Below are positions 1 through 9,796 of a stretch of DNA of 64,000 nucleotides, in pieces. The notes under the pieces were generated by a model. That model did not search any database. It was not told where the DNA came from and was given only the letters and a program-made list of their open reading frames with translations. The number at the start of each line of letters is the position of its first letter. Position 1 is the stretch's first letter. Both the position numbers and the translations under genes were made by a program. Origin of the DNA: an uncultured Bacilli bacterium (GTDB taxonomy: Bacteria; Bacillota_I; Bacilli_A; RFN20; CAG-826); assembly GCA_944375905.1 (NCBI GenBank), contig CALWAS010000027.1:57679-121678 (forward strand). Reading direction: 5' to 3'.

Positions 1-1979
1 TTGATGTACTCCACCGAGATATCCTGGTCTTTGTCGAGCAAAGTGATAATGAGCTGAGAGCAATTTTGCGGCAAAACTTGGCATGCCCGAGTGACGTTGT
101 CCTTATCGAAGTTTGAGAAAGGCGCGTCAAGAACTAGCGGGAATTCTTCAGATTCATCGTCATCGGCATCCCTCAAAACGTCGTTCCGATGGCGGGCCAT
201 ATAAACCAGACTTGAAACGAAAGCAAGGTTTTTCATGCCGCTCTCGGCTTGAGATAAAACTTTCTTGTCTCTCGCCCCCATGGCGTAATAGGGCGTGACA
301 TTGAAATTGGCTTCCCCAATCTTAAAAGTCACAGTCTTATCTCCGCTTAGGTATTGATAGACCTCATTAACGCGTTTTTGCAGATTTTCCACAACCGATT
401 TTCGAGCCGACTCGCGCCTAGATTCTGCAAATTCCCTAACGTCGTCTAGACATTCGAGGCAAGCATTCAAATATTTATTTTTTTCGTTCGAAGCTTCAAA
501 ACTACTGATGTTCTTATTGATGCTGTCCAATTGTTTATCAATATCAGAAATGTCATGCTCAGACAGCCTTTTAATTGACTCGTTCCTGGCACCGATTAGC
601 GTGGAAAGCCGCATAACATCATCATTCCAGACAGACACATCGCCAGTAAAGTTTCTCAGTTTCTGGTCACATTCCTTTATCGTGTCCCTGCACGAATCGA
701 TGTCTTTCTGACATTTCCAAATCGTCCTAAGGTGCCGGCTAACATTGGAGGCACTGTTTTTTGCTACGGGCTCAAAGGCCAATAACTCGTTTTTTAGCCC
801 GCTGAGCAAACCGGAATTGTCATTTGGCGATACATGTTTTTCCAATTCTTTTAGTTTGTTATAGATGTCGCCGCGCCCTGGAATCGGGGTTCCACAAATG
901 CAAACGCCATTATTCAAAATTTCTTCAATGGTAGCTGCCGTCAAATGTTCATAATGAACTTGACCGTCTTTTTTAATCTCTTCAAGTTTGTCAATTATCC
1001 CGGTCGTTCTGACGGCCTTTGACGCGCCCCACAAAGCAAGGAAACCTACGGTTCCTAAATCGCCGCTTAGATCATTTAGCATATATTGCATTTCCGTCTC
1101 AATTGAATCTTGCAATCTTTCTAAGTCGCGTTCGGATTCACGCCTTTGGGTTTGCCATTGTCCGGCTTCCTTATGGGCTTCTATCTGCGCTTTTTTCTCA
1201 TCTCTTTGCGCCTCAAGGAGATCTCGATCCTTTATTGTGTCAGCAAGCTGTTTTTCAAAATCTTGTTTTTTTGATACTAGTTGCTCCCTTTTGGCTTCAA
1301 GCTGTGCTTGATTCTCGAAGGAAGTTGAATCTTTTTGTTTTTCGAAGTCCTTCCAAATGGGCCCGTTTTTCTTGAGGAGATTAATAAGTTGGTCGCGCGC
1401 ATCGAAATTCATGATCCGGCTGACCGATTTTCCCAGCTCTCTTTTATCGGCAACCTCATCGATACGATTAGCCTCGCCGTCGTAAAAGAAATAATCTTTC
1501 AGGTCTTGTGGGAGAATGCTTTCTATTTCGCTTGCAGCTCTGAAATTATCAAGGATGTCAGCTTTTCCGCTCGGGTCTGATTTAAGATTGCGGAAAATGA
1601 TTTGAGTCGGCTTAGGAGAAGTCTTTTCCAGACTAGGTCCCCCGCTGCCACGTGAAACGAAATTGTATTTTTGGCTGGTACTAACAAGGTAATGGTAAGC
1701 ACCATGCTCAAGTTCAATAGTTACCTTAGCCTCGTATTGTTTGCCTAGGGCCGAGATTGGCAATGAATTTAAAACGTCTTTGTTAAAAAGGTCATCGCCT
1801 TTACCGAAAATCTCGCTATCGGGGTAAAGGCACCAGATGATTGACTTGACGAAAGTCGTTTTCCCTACGTGGTTAGAACCATATATTACGGTGACGTTCT
1901 TGCCATCTTTGCTCGAGAGGTCGACAGTTTGATCTTTGAATTGTCGAAAATTACTATAGGAAATTGACAAGATTTTCAT
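1..1979 (-). CDS. DndD/SspC-like SMC-family ATPase, truncated by the window edge (C-terminus lies beyond position 1)
   Basis: Minus-strand ORF starting at the ATG at 1979-1977, with GGAG 9 nt upstream. It stays open to position 1 and is absent from the ORF track only because no stop lies in the window. My by-eye translation gives an N-terminus MKILSISYSNFRQFKDQTVDLSSKDGKNVTVIYGSNHVGKTTFVKSII, which is an RecF/SMC/DndD-type N-terminal Walker A. Long coiled-coil-like K/E/Q-rich middle segments follow. The C-terminus reads FPLVLDAPFSNFD, a Walker B/D-loop. The AT-rich codon usage matches the island. Confidence 0.6.
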   Translation of the reverse strand, partial: MKILSISYSNFRQFKDQTVDLSSKDGKNVTVIYGSNHVGKTTFVKSIIWCLYPDSEIFGKGDDLFNKDVLNSLPISALGKQYEAKVTIELEHGAYHYLVSTSQKYNFVSRGSGGPSLEKTSPKPTQIIFRNLKSDPSGKADILDNFRAASEIESILPQDLKDYFFYDGEANRIDEVADKRELGKSVSRIMNFDARDQLINLLKKNGPIWKDFEKQKDSTSFENQAQLEAKREQLVSKKQDFEKQLADTIKDRDLLEAQRDEKKAQIEAHKEAGQWQTQRRESERDLERLQDSIETEMQYMLNDLSGDLGTVGFLALWGASKAVRTTGIIDKLEEIKKDGQVHYEHLTAATIEEILNNGVCICGTPIPGRGDIYNKLKELEKHVSPNDNSGLLSGLKNELLAFEPVAKNSASNVSRHLRTIWKCQKDIDSCRDTIKECDQKLRNFTGDVSVWNDDVMRLSTLIGARNESIKRLSEHDISDIDKQLDSINKNISSFEASNEKNKYLNACLECLDDVREFAESRRESARKSVVENLQKRVNEVYQYLSGDKTVTFKIGEANFNVTPYYAMGARDKKVLSQAESGMKNLAFVSSLVYMARHRNDVLRDADDDESEEFPLVLDAPFSNFDKDNVTRACQVLPQNCSQLIITLLDKDQDISVEYI

Positions 1980-2126
1980 CTTTAGTGCTCCCCAGAACTC
2001 TCCCGAACGGTTTTTTCTATCATTTTCTCGAAGTCGGAGCTAAGCGATTTAACTTCGCCACGCTGGGCCTGCACTTTCATGATCTTCCGAAGGAAATCCT
2101 GATAGAGTGCAGAAACCATCTCGTTA

Positions 2127-4295
2127 TCAATACCCATTGTCGCCAGAATCCTCCCAAAGCGAGACCTGATCTAAGCGATAAGCTTCCATGATTTGGCTTC
2201 GCAAGGCCTCGCTATCAGATGCATTGTCTGCTTCGTTTGCAAATTCTTCAACCCTTTGCAATTCGCGCTTTGCCAATCCCTGCTCAAGGCGCATTGCATC
2301 ATCATCTAAAAACTTGAGTTGTGAAAGGGGCCGAGTGATTGTCACGAAATCGTAAATTTCTGCAATTCGTTTGCCACTGCGGTAATCTTGCCGAAGCAGC
2401 CTGCCTCTCCTTTGAATGTACTCTTTGGGGTTAGTCGTCGAGGCCAAAATGAACGCCGTCCTGATGCACGGGATATCGATTCCTTCGTCAAGACAGCGAA
2501 TGGCAACGAGAGTGTCGATTGTTCCGTCTTTGAAAAGCGAAATCAACTTCTCCCTTTCTTCGGGATCCTCTTGGGCCGTAAAGCGGAAAGCTTTCATTTT
2601 GTGCACGCCATTTAGCAATTGAAGGACGTCACTTATTTGCTTTTGGGACTCGCCTGGGTCTCGGTCCTTATAAGTAACCGACCCGCAATAAACAAGGTTG
2701 AACTTTGATTTTTCATAATTGGTTATCGCCTCATCAAGCGCGCCTAGCTTGTTTCTTGCCCCCGCTACCACAATTGACCGCTTGATCAAATCACGGCGAA
2801 GCTGATTATCTTCATCTGCAGAAAGATAGGATGCCTCAGCCATTATTTTCTTTGTTAGTTTTAAATACTCATAACGCTCATCATCGTCGAGAGCGACAAG
2901 AATTGGGTAATAGCGATAGTGGCATAGAACGCCATTTTCTATTGCCTCTGGAAGCGTATATCGGATAAGGCACGTGCCAAAGAAATTAAGAATCTTATCC
3001 GTACCGAGAGCATCGTGATGACGAGTTATCGTCGCCGAAAGTCCGAGTCGGTAGCGAAAGTCGATCGAAAGGACCTGGCTAGTTTGAGAGGCTCCCAGAT
3101 TATGGCACTCGTCAGCTAGGAAAATCGTCCGCTTTTTAACCGTCTCCAAAATGCTGAGAACCTCAGGCTTGATGAGACTTGATGAAGTAATGATAGCGGC
3201 TTCGAACTTGCTGTAGCCGCCTTTTACGGCCGCTGCGTATTCTTGAAAGCTAGTGAGCCATGTACGCGAATTTCCGCAGCAAATCAGCGGTTTGATCTTA
3301 TATTTTTCGCAATTTTCATTCCACTGATAAACAAGGTTGATCTGAGGAACAACGATAAGCAGGAAGAACGATTTTGAGCTCTTTTCAGGATCTTCGACTA
3401 GCGAAACGACGGCTCCCAATGATGTAATTGTCTTGCCTGTCCCGGTAGCCATATCGAAATAGCCCCTGTAATCATTTTCCTTCCACGCTTGGATGGCTTT
3501 TCTTTGATAGTCGTAATATTTAATGTTTGCGTTTCCCAGACGCGTGTTTAATAGGCGTTGCTTGAACTTCTGCCTCGCATACTCGCGATCAAGATTTTCA
3601 AGTTCTTCTTTGCTAAAGGAGTCTTTGTAAACAAGGATTTTTTCCTTTACTGCTTCCGGAAATTCGATGATTTGCATCCTACTATCGTGATTTGTCCATT
3701 TTCGATTGAACAATATCTTGTGTTCTTGGCATCTAGTCGATGTGTCAGAACCATTCCAAGAGCAGAAAACTTCGGTCGACTCGCGGTTCAAAAGCAAGCC
3801 ATTTGCAGTCAGATTTCCCGAAGAATGGGCAAGGACAACATTTCCAACGCAGTCGGTAAATATATTGATTTTTTCATGAAGCATTTGTTCAGGGCCACCC
3901 GAATTAAGAACGCCGATCTTGATGTCGAGAATGCCATGGCTCACTAGATAAGACAGAAGAGAGAGATACCCTTTTTCAAATTCGTCGCGAGGATCTTCCC
4001 AGGTTGTAAGAAGACGCTTTTCAATTGTTTCCCTAAGTTCATAGCCCTTCGAAATGGCCTCGGCTTCATCCTCCTTCAAGGCCGTCGAAAGGATGAGGTG
4101 AATACGACCATAGTTGTTCGAAATCATTGGGCAAAGCCCGGCCGCTAGCATTTTGAGACTGACGGCCGAGAAGAATCCGGAGATCCCTTCATAGAGCACC
4201 GACTCTTTAAGACACGGAACATAAAGGTCGTCGATGACATCGTCGACCTGCGTCTCATAATGCATTCTCAACTCAAGATCCGATAATGCCATCAA
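2127..4295 (-). CDS. Superfamily-2 DECH-box helicase (ResIII/SNF2-like) with a roughly 270-aa N-terminal domain; candidate restriction/effector component
   Basis: 722-aa ORF. Helicase motifs are Walker A DMATGTGKT, motif II FLADECHNLG, motif III LSATITR and motif VI QRRGRLLR. The N-terminal region contains HEKINIFTD...SSGNLT, a degenerate HxK(x5)D...SGN arrangement reminiscent of PLD/HKD nuclease motifs but with non-canonical spacing. A 4-bp ATGA overlap joins it to the upstream cysteine desulfurase gene. Confidence 0.75.
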   Translation of the reverse strand: MMALSDLELRMHYETQVDDVIDDLYVPCLKESVLYEGISGFFSAVSLKMLAAGLCPMISNNYGRIHLILSTALKEDEAEAISKGYELRETIEKRLLTTWEDPRDEFEKGYLSLLSYLVSHGILDIKIGVLNSGGPEQMLHEKINIFTDCVGNVVLAHSSGNLTANGLLLNRESTEVFCSWNGSDTSTRCQEHKILFNRKWTNHDSRMQIIEFPEAVKEKILVYKDSFSKEELENLDREYARQKFKQRLLNTRLGNANIKYYDYQRKAIQAWKENDYRGYFDMATGTGKTITSLGAVVSLVEDPEKSSKSFFLLIVVPQINLVYQWNENCEKYKIKPLICCGNSRTWLTSFQEYAAAVKGGYSKFEAAIITSSSLIKPEVLSILETVKKRTIFLADECHNLGASQTSQVLSIDFRYRLGLSATITRHHDALGTDKILNFFGTCLIRYTLPEAIENGVLCHYRYYPILVALDDDERYEYLKLTKKIMAEASYLSADEDNQLRRDLIKRSIVVAGARNKLGALDEAITNYEKSKFNLVYCGSVTYKDRDPGESQKQISDVLQLLNGVHKMKAFRFTAQEDPEEREKLISLFKDGTIDTLVAIRCLDEGIDIPCIRTAFILASTTNPKEYIQRRGRLLRQDYRSGKRIAEIYDFVTITRPLSQLKFLDDDAMRLEQGLAKRELQRVEEFANEADNASDSEALRSQIMEAYRLDQVSLWEDSGDNGY

Positions 4296-5419
4296 AAAGC
4301 CTCCACCGCCTTTAATAATGTAATGATATCTTCTTCATTATTAAACACGCCGAGACTAACGCGAACCGTGCCTCCAAAGACCTTCGACCCAATGAAATCA
4401 TGTATGAGCGGCGCACAATGATAGCCAGTCCGCACCGAAATCCCTTCGTTAGCTAGAATCGTCCCTATATCGTCGGACTTATAGCCATCAATGGCAAAGG
4501 AAACAATGCCGTTGTATTTGCAATTTGGTGCAAAGAATAAATGCGTTTTTGGCATCTTACTTAAGCCGTCAATAAGCATCTTTGTTTCTTTTGAAATGGT
4601 TTCGGCTATCTTTGAACGGTTTTCTCTAACAAATCTTGCGCCAGGTATCAAAGAGGCAATCGCCGAAACATTGCGGCTGCCCGCTTCATATCGATAGGGA
4701 AGATCAGCCGGCATTTCCGGATTCAAAGAATCAGATCCCGTGCCGCCGCATATGACAGGAGGCAAATCGCGGTCTCTCATAACGATGAAGCCCCCGACCC
4801 CAAAGCAGCCATAAAGCGTTTTGTGGCCCGCAAAGACAACATAATCCGCATCAGCTAGCCCGCACAACGGATGGATTCCGTAGGCCTGGGCAGCATCAAG
4901 GACATTCACTGAATCGTATTTTCTTCCCAAAGCGAAAATTGCCTCATGCGATATCCTCGCCCCGGTAACGTTGGAAATAGCGCTGAGGAAGATGGCTAGA
5001 GGGTGATCTAGAACGAACATTCGTTCAATTGTTGGAAGATCGGGTTCCCAGTTTTCATCGAAGGGAAGAACCTTGACCTTTACGCCATCATCCTTCAGCC
5101 TTTCTAAGGGCCGGATGATCGCGTTATGCTCGAAGGGAGAAATATAAATCGTGTCGCCCTCCACCGCACCAAGTCCAAGAATGAGGATATTCAAGGCTTC
5201 GGTCGCCGACGAAGCAAAAACGACATGGGACGGATCGATGCCGTTCTCTAGAGAGGCAACGGCCACTCTGGCCTCTTCCACGATGTCGCTTGCCGCTTGG
5301 CTCTCTTTCGATTCGCCACGGCCAGCGTTGAAAGCCAACGTCCGGTTTATCTTGTCGACAAAGTCATAAACTTCTTTCGGTTTGGGAAAAGTCGTTGCTG
5401 CATTGTCCAAATAGATCAT
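4292..5419 (-). CDS. Cysteine desulfurase, class V aminotransferase family (DndA/SspA/IscS-like)
   Basis: 375 aa. N-terminal MIYLDNAATTFPKP is the NifS/IscS signature start. The PLP-lysine motif is FAGHKTLYG, with a glycine-rich loop containing Cys (VICGGTGSD). Start and stop overlap both neighbours, placing it inside the operon. Confidence 0.8.
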   Translation of the reverse strand: MIYLDNAATTFPKPKEVYDFVDKINRTLAFNAGRGESKESQAASDIVEEARVAVASLENGIDPSHVVFASSATEALNILILGLGAVEGDTIYISPFEHNAIIRPLERLKDDGVKVKVLPFDENWEPDLPTIERMFVLDHPLAIFLSAISNVTGARISHEAIFALGRKYDSVNVLDAAQAYGIHPLCGLADADYVVFAGHKTLYGCFGVGGFIVMRDRDLPPVICGGTGSDSLNPEMPADLPYRYEAGSRNVSAIASLIPGARFVRENRSKIAETISKETKMLIDGLSKMPKTHLFFAPNCKYNGIVSFAIDGYKSDDIGTILANEGISVRTGYHCAPLIHDFIGSKVFGGTVRVSLGVFNNEEDIITLLKAVEAF

Positions 5420-8400
5420 TTATCGCTCTCCTTCAAAAGATTGCCAAAGACGTAGAGCAAATCGTTTTTGGAAAGGGCTTGGTTGTATTGCGATAGGATT
5501 TCCCGGATCTGGTTCTCGACAATGTTGGATACTGGCGATAGCTTGGATTCATCGACTACCGATAGCATTTCGCTCGCCGCTCCGAAGGCAGATTTAGCTG
5601 TCTTAAATTTGTCTGAGACAAGATAAGCTAGGAACTGCTCGATCGTTTTGAAGAACATTTCCCGGTTTTTGCCGTTCCAATCAGAGAAATGCAAATCAAT
5701 GGCAGCAATAGAAAGCTCATCAATGAGGGTAGGATCAAAATGCGACTTAGATTCATAAATGGCCTTGGCGATTTGGTTGTACCGGAAATCCCCGACGCCT
5801 TCCTCAACGCTGTACCCGGCTTTCCTTTCGATGCCTTGGAGAATCGAGAGCAACGATCCTTTTTTGCCGGCGATGCCAGGCATCGAAAGAAGCCTTGTTG
5901 AAGTTGATTTCGCCAATTTTGTCTCCATCTCTTCGAAAGACTTCTTTTCTTTCTCTAGGGCGGAGAGGAGCTTATCGAGCCCAATGACCTTGAAATTTCG
6001 CGGCAGGAATTCAAAGAAGAAGTCATTGGGCGAAAGATCATACTTGGTGAGCTCGGCCAAAAAGGTTTCTTTCTCCTTGGAAATGACCATCGGAAATCCA
6101 GCGGCCGTCGCAGTTCGAACAACTTGAGGGAGATTCCGAAACCAGTTCTTAAGACAGTCGAGGGCCTTTTTCCCAGCGCTCCGACCGTCGGCCTCGGCTT
6201 TCCCGCCAAACAATGAAATGACACCGGTAATGAAATCGCTCCGCTCTTTGGCACCACGATCGATCTTAATCTTCCATTCATCAATTTTTGGAGAGGAGAT
6301 GGCCTTATTGATGCCAGCTGAAGAAAATTCCTCCTCTTTCTTCCCGAAATAGAGGCCGAAAGCCTTGTCATCGGCAACTCCAAGTCTTAGGACAGCTAGG
6401 GTAATGAAGAGCGGGATGACGCCCTGTCTTATGCCGTAAGGAGGCTCAATGAGCTTTTGAAGGATCGGCGACACGGAAACCATAATCGCATCCTTACCGT
6501 TCAGCATCCCTTCGACTATTTTGGTCGCGGCATTGATGCCATAAGGATCGCCTTCGGCTTTTGCTTTTTCAAAGAAAATACGATAAATGGTGTTTTCCGG
6601 GCTCGATTCGCTCGTTTCCTCAATGACAGCCCTCTGATTGTCCCCTTTCGTAAGGAGGATGTCGATCAGGCGATCGCGCGCTTTCGCGTAGTTTTTCGTC
6701 GGGTGATCGCGGTTAAGCAACTCGTTATTCACGATCGGGGTATCGGAATAAACCTTCTCGAAAACGCTGCTAAGGATTTCGCTCGCGGTTTTTCCACTGA
6801 AGTTGACTGAAGAAAAGAAGCACGATCCACTATCCTTGTACGCTTTGCCGATGACGGCTCTTATATCGGACTGCAAACGGCTTTTCATCACGTGAAGAGC
6901 TGCCTTGTCATTGTTGCTGAGGCCAGCATCGGTCTCCATTCGCTCATAAGCCTTCCATAAGGAAAGGGCGTGCTCCATGGCATCAAGAGGGAGAGAATTT
7001 GGAACTTGGACGATTATCTTTGGGTCATTGATTTCCTTGACCTTTTTCATGATTGAGTCAGGGCTTCCGCTTGCATCGAAGATCCTTACGATTATTCCGT
7101 CGTATGGCCACCCATAGAGATCCTTGAAAGAAGATAGAGCAAGGAAGGATTCAGAATCGATGTAAGTGATTCTTGCATACCTTGTCATTCGCTTTTGAAC
7201 GTTGTAAGCAAAAGAAGCGACATAGTCGTCCTTGAATATTTCCTTAAGGGCATCGACGGGAGAATAACGACGTAATTCCTTCCTGATTATTTTCTCGGCT
7301 CGGGCATTTATTTCTTTGCTTCCGACGAAAGCGAAATCAAGCCCCCCATCGAATCTGTTAACGCGTACGGCGCCTTCCTTCTCGAGCAAACTTATTTTGT
7401 CGAGTACCTCCTCAAGGGGCAAATCGAGAGCGAGAGCCAAGGTCTGGGCGTTTGCCTTAAGCTTTGTTGAAGGTTGGAGCATGAGGCAGACAGCCATGCC
7501 CTTAACAATCTTCTTGATCTCCGCATCATCATATTTCGAGCAAGTAGCATCACAGCTATAGGCTAGGTTTTTCAAACGATGGTCTGGGCTATCAAAAATC
7601 TGTTTTTCGAAGTAATCCCAAACCGAGTCGATGCCGATAAGATGCCCATTGTTATCCTGTTCGACGAGGGAACGTAGGCCATTGGGATCACTCCCATAAA
7701 TAAAAGTGAACAAGGTGCGCTCGTTCTGCGCAACCTCTTCGTTGATTCTAAGCAAGGCAAAAGTGCTCAATGGGTTTAGTGGGAAGACTAGAGAAGAAAG
7801 CTTTTCTGCATCGATGCCATCAGCAGCTTTGCTAAAGACGCCGAGACGATCGATTTGCCCGAAGTAGTCTTTATTTTTTTCAATATAATCTGCAAAGAAG
7901 GCATTGAAAGCCGAGAGCTTCTCAATGGCAAAGTTGATAAGCTCGGCGCTCTCTTTGAGCGCACGATCAAACTGGCGGAATACAAAGCGCCCTTCGACGG
8001 CCTGAAGAATTTCATTGACGCGATCGTCTTTGGAATAAAGGGAGGTCTTTTTGTGGGCTATGCAGCAAAAATGTATCGAGTAGTTACTATCGCTTCGATT
8101 GGAAAGCTCGGCAAAGTCCTGGATGAAACGAAGCTCGTCGCCGTGGTTTTCAGGGCTTGATTCAAGAAACTTAGAAAATTCGTCAAAGACAACAAAAAGC
8201 CCATCGAACCCGCGCTTTTTAAGTGAAGAGGCCACCGCTTTGTACGTACCGATGGGGTCAGAAGCCAGAATCGGGTTGAACTCACCGCCAGATGTAATGC
8301 AACGATAAATATCACCAAATCGTTTAAAGGCTTGCTCCGAATAAGAACGGAGATCATTGATAAGACGATCGACCTCGCCTTTTTTCAGGTTGCACTGGTC

Positions 8401-8913
8401 AAACTTAGTAGATGAAATGATCCTGTCTTTCTTCCAAGACGAAAGAAGGCGGGCGGCTTCCTCGTAAGCGGTATATGGAACGAGGTCTTCACAATGAGCC
8501 AGCATGAGCCCCGAGCGCAGCCCATTCATAAAGGCTTGCTTCATGCTGCCAAAAGAAGGGCTAATTACGATTGGTATGTAACTTTTGTGATTTTTGATCT
8601 TAGACACAAGATCTGGATCAACCACTTCGACTCTAGAGATGAACTTGTCTAGAGATTTCGCGCTCGCCGCGCCGAACAGAATTTGAAGAATAGCCAGCAG
8701 AAGAAACGATTTTCCTTTGCCATACGCCCCAATAAGCTGGGTCGATTGATTCCGGTTATAGGCCACGTCATCTAGGTAGTCCCCGAGAATCTCGCAAACA
8801 TCAGAAGTTGGGAGATATTCCGTTAGTTTATCAGCCGAGTCTAGGTCAAACTCGATGTTTATTGACGGCTCAAATCGCTCATTCACTCGAATAAGATCAG
8901 TTAGCCTAGTCAT
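5416..8913 (-). CDS. Large P-loop NTPase, BrxC/PglY-like in size and architecture (hypothesis)
   Basis: 1165 aa. N-terminal Walker A GAYGKGKSFLL and Walker B-like LFVVFDEF, followed by roughly 900 aa with no other recognisable motifs. The size (about 1200 aa) and the N-terminal ATPase followed by a long helical body resemble BREX BrxC/PglY-type ATPases. Its start overlaps the stop of the 296-aa ORF by 8 bp, and its stop overlaps the start of the cysteine desulfurase by 4 bp. Confidence 0.5.
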   Translation of the reverse strand: MTRLTDLIRVNERFEPSINIEFDLDSADKLTEYLPTSDVCEILGDYLDDVAYNRNQSTQLIGAYGKGKSFLLLAILQILFGAASAKSLDKFISRVEVVDPDLVSKIKNHKSYIPIVISPSFGSMKQAFMNGLRSGLMLAHCEDLVPYTAYEEAARLLSSWKKDRIISSTKFDQCNLKKGEVDRLINDLRSYSEQAFKRFGDIYRCITSGGEFNPILASDPIGTYKAVASSLKKRGFDGLFVVFDEFSKFLESSPENHGDELRFIQDFAELSNRSDSNYSIHFCCIAHKKTSLYSKDDRVNEILQAVEGRFVFRQFDRALKESAELINFAIEKLSAFNAFFADYIEKNKDYFGQIDRLGVFSKAADGIDAEKLSSLVFPLNPLSTFALLRINEEVAQNERTLFTFIYGSDPNGLRSLVEQDNNGHLIGIDSVWDYFEKQIFDSPDHRLKNLAYSCDATCSKYDDAEIKKIVKGMAVCLMLQPSTKLKANAQTLALALDLPLEEVLDKISLLEKEGAVRVNRFDGGLDFAFVGSKEINARAEKIIRKELRRYSPVDALKEIFKDDYVASFAYNVQKRMTRYARITYIDSESFLALSSFKDLYGWPYDGIIVRIFDASGSPDSIMKKVKEINDPKIIVQVPNSLPLDAMEHALSLWKAYERMETDAGLSNNDKAALHVMKSRLQSDIRAVIGKAYKDSGSCFFSSVNFSGKTASEILSSVFEKVYSDTPIVNNELLNRDHPTKNYAKARDRLIDILLTKGDNQRAVIEETSESSPENTIYRIFFEKAKAEGDPYGINAATKIVEGMLNGKDAIMVSVSPILQKLIEPPYGIRQGVIPLFITLAVLRLGVADDKAFGLYFGKKEEEFSSAGINKAISSPKIDEWKIKIDRGAKERSDFITGVISLFGGKAEADGRSAGKKALDCLKNWFRNLPQVVRTATAAGFPMVISKEKETFLAELTKYDLSPNDFFFEFLPRNFKVIGLDKLLSALEKEKKSFEEMETKLAKSTSTRLLSMPGIAGKKGSLLSILQGIERKAGYSVEEGVGDFRYNQIAKAIYESKSHFDPTLIDELSIAAIDLHFSDWNGKNREMFFKTIEQFLAYLVSDKFKTAKSAFGAASEMLSVVDESKLSPVSNIVENQIREILSQYNQALSKNDLLYVFGNLLKESDK

Positions 8914-9796
8914 GGATGCGAACCTCCATCTTGTGGACGATATTCCTTAGATCGATGCTTTCAGCCGGCATTTCTACAACATTGAGTCCTGCCGTCCTAA
9001 CAACATTGATCAAATTCATCGACTTAAGACGATCGAGGACGGTCATAAATTCATCACGATTCAAATTGAATAGGCGGCCGGGTCCGTTTTTTGCCTCTAG
9101 AAGAGAATCAATCGTATCCTCGTGCGACTTAGATGCTTTCAAAAGGAGGTAATAAAAAACGTATGGCTCAATCTTGTCGAGATCGATCGGCTTTTTTTGA
9201 TAAAGCTGCGTTTCCTTTCTTTCTAGAAGCGAAAAGGCGGAAAGAGGACAATTAAGGTTGTTTTCGGGATCATCGATGGGATCCGATACATAGGTTCTAA
9301 CCAAAACGCTAAGATCGTCGCTCACGATCGATTCCTGTGGGGATTCCCCAAAGTGCTCAGCGCACCACTCCCCAAACGAACGAATGAACGTCTCTTTGCT
9401 AAATGATTCATGGGGCAGCATTTCATTGAAGAGGAAATAGAAAAGAGGCGCCTTGGATTCGGAGGCCACAATGTTCGCATGGATCAGCTGCCAGCTGCCG
9501 GCTTTGAGAAGATAAGGATCAGCTTCGAAAATGATGCTTGCTTCCTCTGAAAGTTCAGGCTTTAGCTTTTTGTTGACGTCCAAAAGACCGGCACATTCCA
9601 TCCAATAGCGAAGAGCCGATACCATGTTCGACCCTATTCCGAGGCAGACGGGGCCATCGCTTTTCGAAAATACATTGAAGCGCCCATTGGCGTTAATAAG
9701 CTCACGATAGGCCTTGCTTAACCAACCTTCGCGAATGGAAAAACTCTGGCTAAGCTTGAATTGGGGCTTGGTCATCCGTGATTCATTGTTTTCCAT
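8906..9796 (-). CDS. Hypothetical protein (296 aa), translationally coupled between the DndC-like and BrxC-like genes
   Basis: ORF with AT-rich island codon usage. It overlaps the DndC-like stop by 14 bp and the downstream start by 8 bp. I recognise no catalytic motif; it lacks the DGQHR/ParB-like signature of DndB/SspB. Confidence 0.55.
   Translation of the reverse strand: MENNESRMTKPQFKLSQSFSIREGWLSKAYRELINANGRFNVFSKSDGPVCLGIGSNMVSALRYWMECAGLLDVNKKLKPELSEEASIIFEADPYLLKAGSWQLIHANIVASESKAPLFYFLFNEMLPHESFSKETFIRSFGEWCAEHFGESPQESIVSDDLSVLVRTYVSDPIDDPENNLNCPLSAFSLLERKETQLYQKKPIDLDKIEPYVFYYLLLKASKSHEDTIDSLLEAKNGPGRLFNLNRDEFMTVLDRLKSMNLINVVRTAGLNVVEMPAESIDLRNIVHKMEVRIHD

Noticed and set aside
113-1580. 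Small plus-strand ORFs (61-118 aa) at 113-298, 508-711, 988-1311, 1019-1375 and 1335-1580
   Set aside because: They are antisense to the long minus-strand DndD-like ORF, which has Walker A/B motifs and a coherent translation. They have no motifs and odd composition.
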